DNA of 63,693 nucleotides, counting the filler, from Phoronis australis (Eukaryota > Animalia > Phoronida): the NCBI GenBank assembly GCA_002633005.1. It is 11 parts of 11 records of this genome, joined end to end, with 100 filler letters (N's around TTAATTAATTAA, not from the genome) between each part and the next. Parts side by side here need not be neighbours in the genome. Positions count along the whole stretch, not along the records: positions 57,646 to 61,813 come from NMRA01002679.1; positions 61,914 to 63,693 come from NMRA01003910.1; 9 more parts are not named here. One strand, 5' to 3'. The translations under genes were made by a program, and so were the position numbers. Shown piece by piece: positions 61,006 through 63,693 of the stretch. The notes below the pieces were generated by a model. That model had not been told where the DNA came from. It ran no database searches and saw nothing but the letters and a program-made list of their open reading frames with translations. Each line of letters starts with the position of its first letter. The stretch's first letter is position 1.

Positions 61006-63693
61006 CTGCAACAGTAAAAATGAACGAATCTACGTCAAGGTTTTGAGCTCAAGTAATTTCAACAGCAAATTTAAATCAAAATCAAATCGACAAAACAGCA
61101 TATTCAGAAATCAAACCAACCACATTAACAATTATAACAAATTTTCATATTGATTATTACAACAAGTTCTGTAATCACTGTTTGAAGAGTTATCAGTTTT
61201 AAGGCCAAAAAATGCATTTTTGGGATTATGGTTGAATTTATTAGCTTTGACTATATCCATGAAACAACACAATCCATGGAGTTTTTGTCTGCTAGACATT
61301 CGCTGAAACCAAGGACAGTGGATTCACCAGTTTTAACGTTTATAATACTGCCATTTATCGCAGTTTAGCTGCACCCGCAAGACTGTAACTGCTGGGGCTG
61401 CCGGTTTGAATATGCACCAATCTCAGAAAAACACTTGTCTAGCTGAAAATGTCCCATTAAACCCGACTTCAATCACAGAAAACAAGTTTTAACTTAGACC
61501 ATTTACTGTTAGGAAATTGGACTCATATTGTTCCTTAGCCAAACTGGAGGTGATTTCAGGGCTACAAAAGAGCTGATAGTTCCTCACAGCTCTAGATCAG
61601 GCCCTTCAAGTTGACTTGTCAGGGCAAGTCATATTAGCGCAGAGCACAGTCTCGATCAATAACGAACAGTCAGTTTTTTCAAACCCAGAAATCACTTCTC
61701 GCCTAAGTAACAGAAAAGTTGAGACCAATTTTATAACGGTAAGAGGCCGAATCAAATGTCTGCCTCTTGGACGGAACATGGGTTTGCAACCCCTTAAATT
61801 TGAGAGTTTTAGANNNNNNNNNNNNNNNNNNNNNNNNNNNNNNNNNNNNNNNNNNNNTTAATTAATTAANNNNNNNNNNNNNNNNNNNNNNNNNNNNNNN
61901 NNNNNNNNNNNNNACCCCCCCCCCCCTTACTGAAAACGTAGATCTGCCTCTGGGATTTAAGCAAAAGTGTGACAAGGTCCAAGCTCTGACACAGTGAACA
62001 CCGATTGTTGGTGGAAGTTTTTGTTGATTTAGATTCAACTATTTGTAACACAAATATATTTCAAAGTACATCCTAAACTTTATTTCCAAGACTCGTACAT
62101 TACTAAATGGTTGACGCGACAGTCTTTTTCAAACTCAATAGCTCAGTTGAATAAATGTAGGAGAACAGTTATTGTTCAGACAACCTCATTATTATTGGAT
62201 GGGCGCCATTTACCAGTACTCATTTCGACACTCCTTCCAAGGGCGCCGGTTAATTAAACTTTCACACCCAGCACTAAATACTCCCTTCGCAAATTTCTGT
62301 TTGATTACTAATGACATGACACGGGCGGATCACCAGCATTAATGGTCGGCACACAAAATTAAGCGATGATATTTGCATACGTAATTATATTCCTAACAAT
62401 CAATTAACCCCGTATTGAGAAAGTATTTGTTGTCGTCTTCTGCACGTAAACATTAGTCAGCAATCAATCTTGTTTTGATTTCGCTCATTGTTTTAATGCA
62501 AGGTGAAGCAGACGAAAACAAAACGTCTCGCCGTCCCACGGTGTTTATCAAGTTTGTCTGAATGACGTCATACGCAGGTTCTGATTTTTACAAAGTACTG
62601 AAAGGTAAACAAATGTTACACTCTATCCGCTGTCGCATTTTAGATAAAAGATACACGAAACGATATTTTACAGAACCGGAATTAATTAAAACTTAGTTCC
62701 TTGCTCCTTCAAAATTACATCATTTTCTAAAATGAACGAAATTCTTAAGGTCGAGTTTTGAATTTCTGATGGTTTCACACAAAATGATTGCAAAATTGAT
62801 TGATACTCAACTTCACTTTAGACATGCTGATAGCGAAAACACACTGAAATATAGGATGCGGCACAAAAATCCAGCACATTTTAAATGGCCATAACTTCCC
62901 TTGCAGCGAACGCATCGAGATAATAAAGGCTGTATTTTTATAGTCATCCCGTCCAACAATATTACTTAAATGGAACTTCATCTGCAAAGTGAGATTTCTT
63001 ACCGTTACCACGTCAGCTCTGGAAAATGGATGACAATGCATGGGTGTGCTTGATTAACTTCGCCTGTTCGCTGACACAGCAACTATTACGTTCTTTCATC
63101 ACCATTTATGTTTCAACGCGAGCTATTGAAACTGTGCCGTCACTAGCTGTGCACTGAATTAACTGAAATACTGCGTTTTAAAAATGACCCATCCGACTGA
63201 CTCGCCCGAGTCAAATCTCTGCTCGAAACTGATGATAACCTAACATTGTAATTGTTGTTATTAATTTTGTGGCTCTCCAAACATGTTTTATCGTCTACTT
63301 TGAGGTATTGGTGTCCACGTTATAGATATTAAACTTTGTAAATGTTTTTCCGGCCGCGCACTAGATACACATCAGGGGCAACCGCACACTGCATCTCCAG
63401 GCCCGTAGTCAGGGAGGTTCGGGGGGTTCGCGGAAATGGTTTAGTCCCAGCTTATCCATTAAAGATAGGATATTACGGACAACAGCAACAAAATCATTAC
63501 TACAATAAGTAAGTTAGTAATAATTTTGAATTTGCTTCTGATTCAAAGCGCGTCACGTAATCATCAGGCCGTATCCGGCCAACTTCGCTTCAGGATCGTG
63601 CACAGACGATTAGAGGAGCTTAATGTTATTCATCTGCACTGAACGCGCGTGGTGGCTACACCATATTGTAACAAGGCACTCTAGCAGTAAATG

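Noticed and set aside
61550-61600. Upstream ABHD13 exon (ISGL..-like sequence)
   Set aside because: Wrong strand and not an open frame.
4382-61913. Recurrent TTAATTAATTAA as a biological repeat or CRISPR-like array
   Set aside because: Always centred in N runs totalling exactly 100 bp; an artificial six-frame-stop linker.
63535-63595. Hammerhead ribozyme on the minus strand (hairpin + CTGATGA)
   Set aside because: No valid UH cleavage site, stem II or GAAA box.
1-63693. Prokaryotic operon, defence system, CRISPR array or rRNA
   Set aside because: Low coding density, spliceosomal introns and metazoan TEs; no repeat-spacer array or rRNA motifs seen.

Overview
This is metazoan (probably marine invertebrate) genomic DNA, not prokaryotic. 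It is AT-rich and split into 11 contigs by ten identical 100-bp linkers (N-run + TTAATTAATTAA + N-run), plus one sized gap at 19208-19796, so adjacency across linkers is uncertain. Transposons dominate. There is a complete young Ty3/Gypsy (Mag-like) LTR retrotransposon at 6925-11433 with TSD, tRNA-Leu PBS, PPT and a single gag-pol carrying one in-frame stop; it is nested in a decayed DIRS/Ngaro-like gag. Other elements are an RTE-X-like LINE, three Penelope GIY-YIG remnants, a Harbinger Myb/SANT end, a TTAA-flanked Kolobok-like element with a broken THAP domain, a CR1/L2-like endonuclease remnant with a decayed 2A motif, a solo LTR and several MITE families, one self-nested into a ~1-kb palindrome. 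Host gene pieces are an alpha-1,3-fucosyltransferase (GT10) catalytic exon, SRPRB exon 1, ABHD13 3' exons, a class A GPCR start and a mucin-like exon. I cannot support a wholly new biological system. The best leads are transposon architectures and a strong excess of the TACATGTA palindrome. All family assignments come from motif recognition by eye, not database searches.
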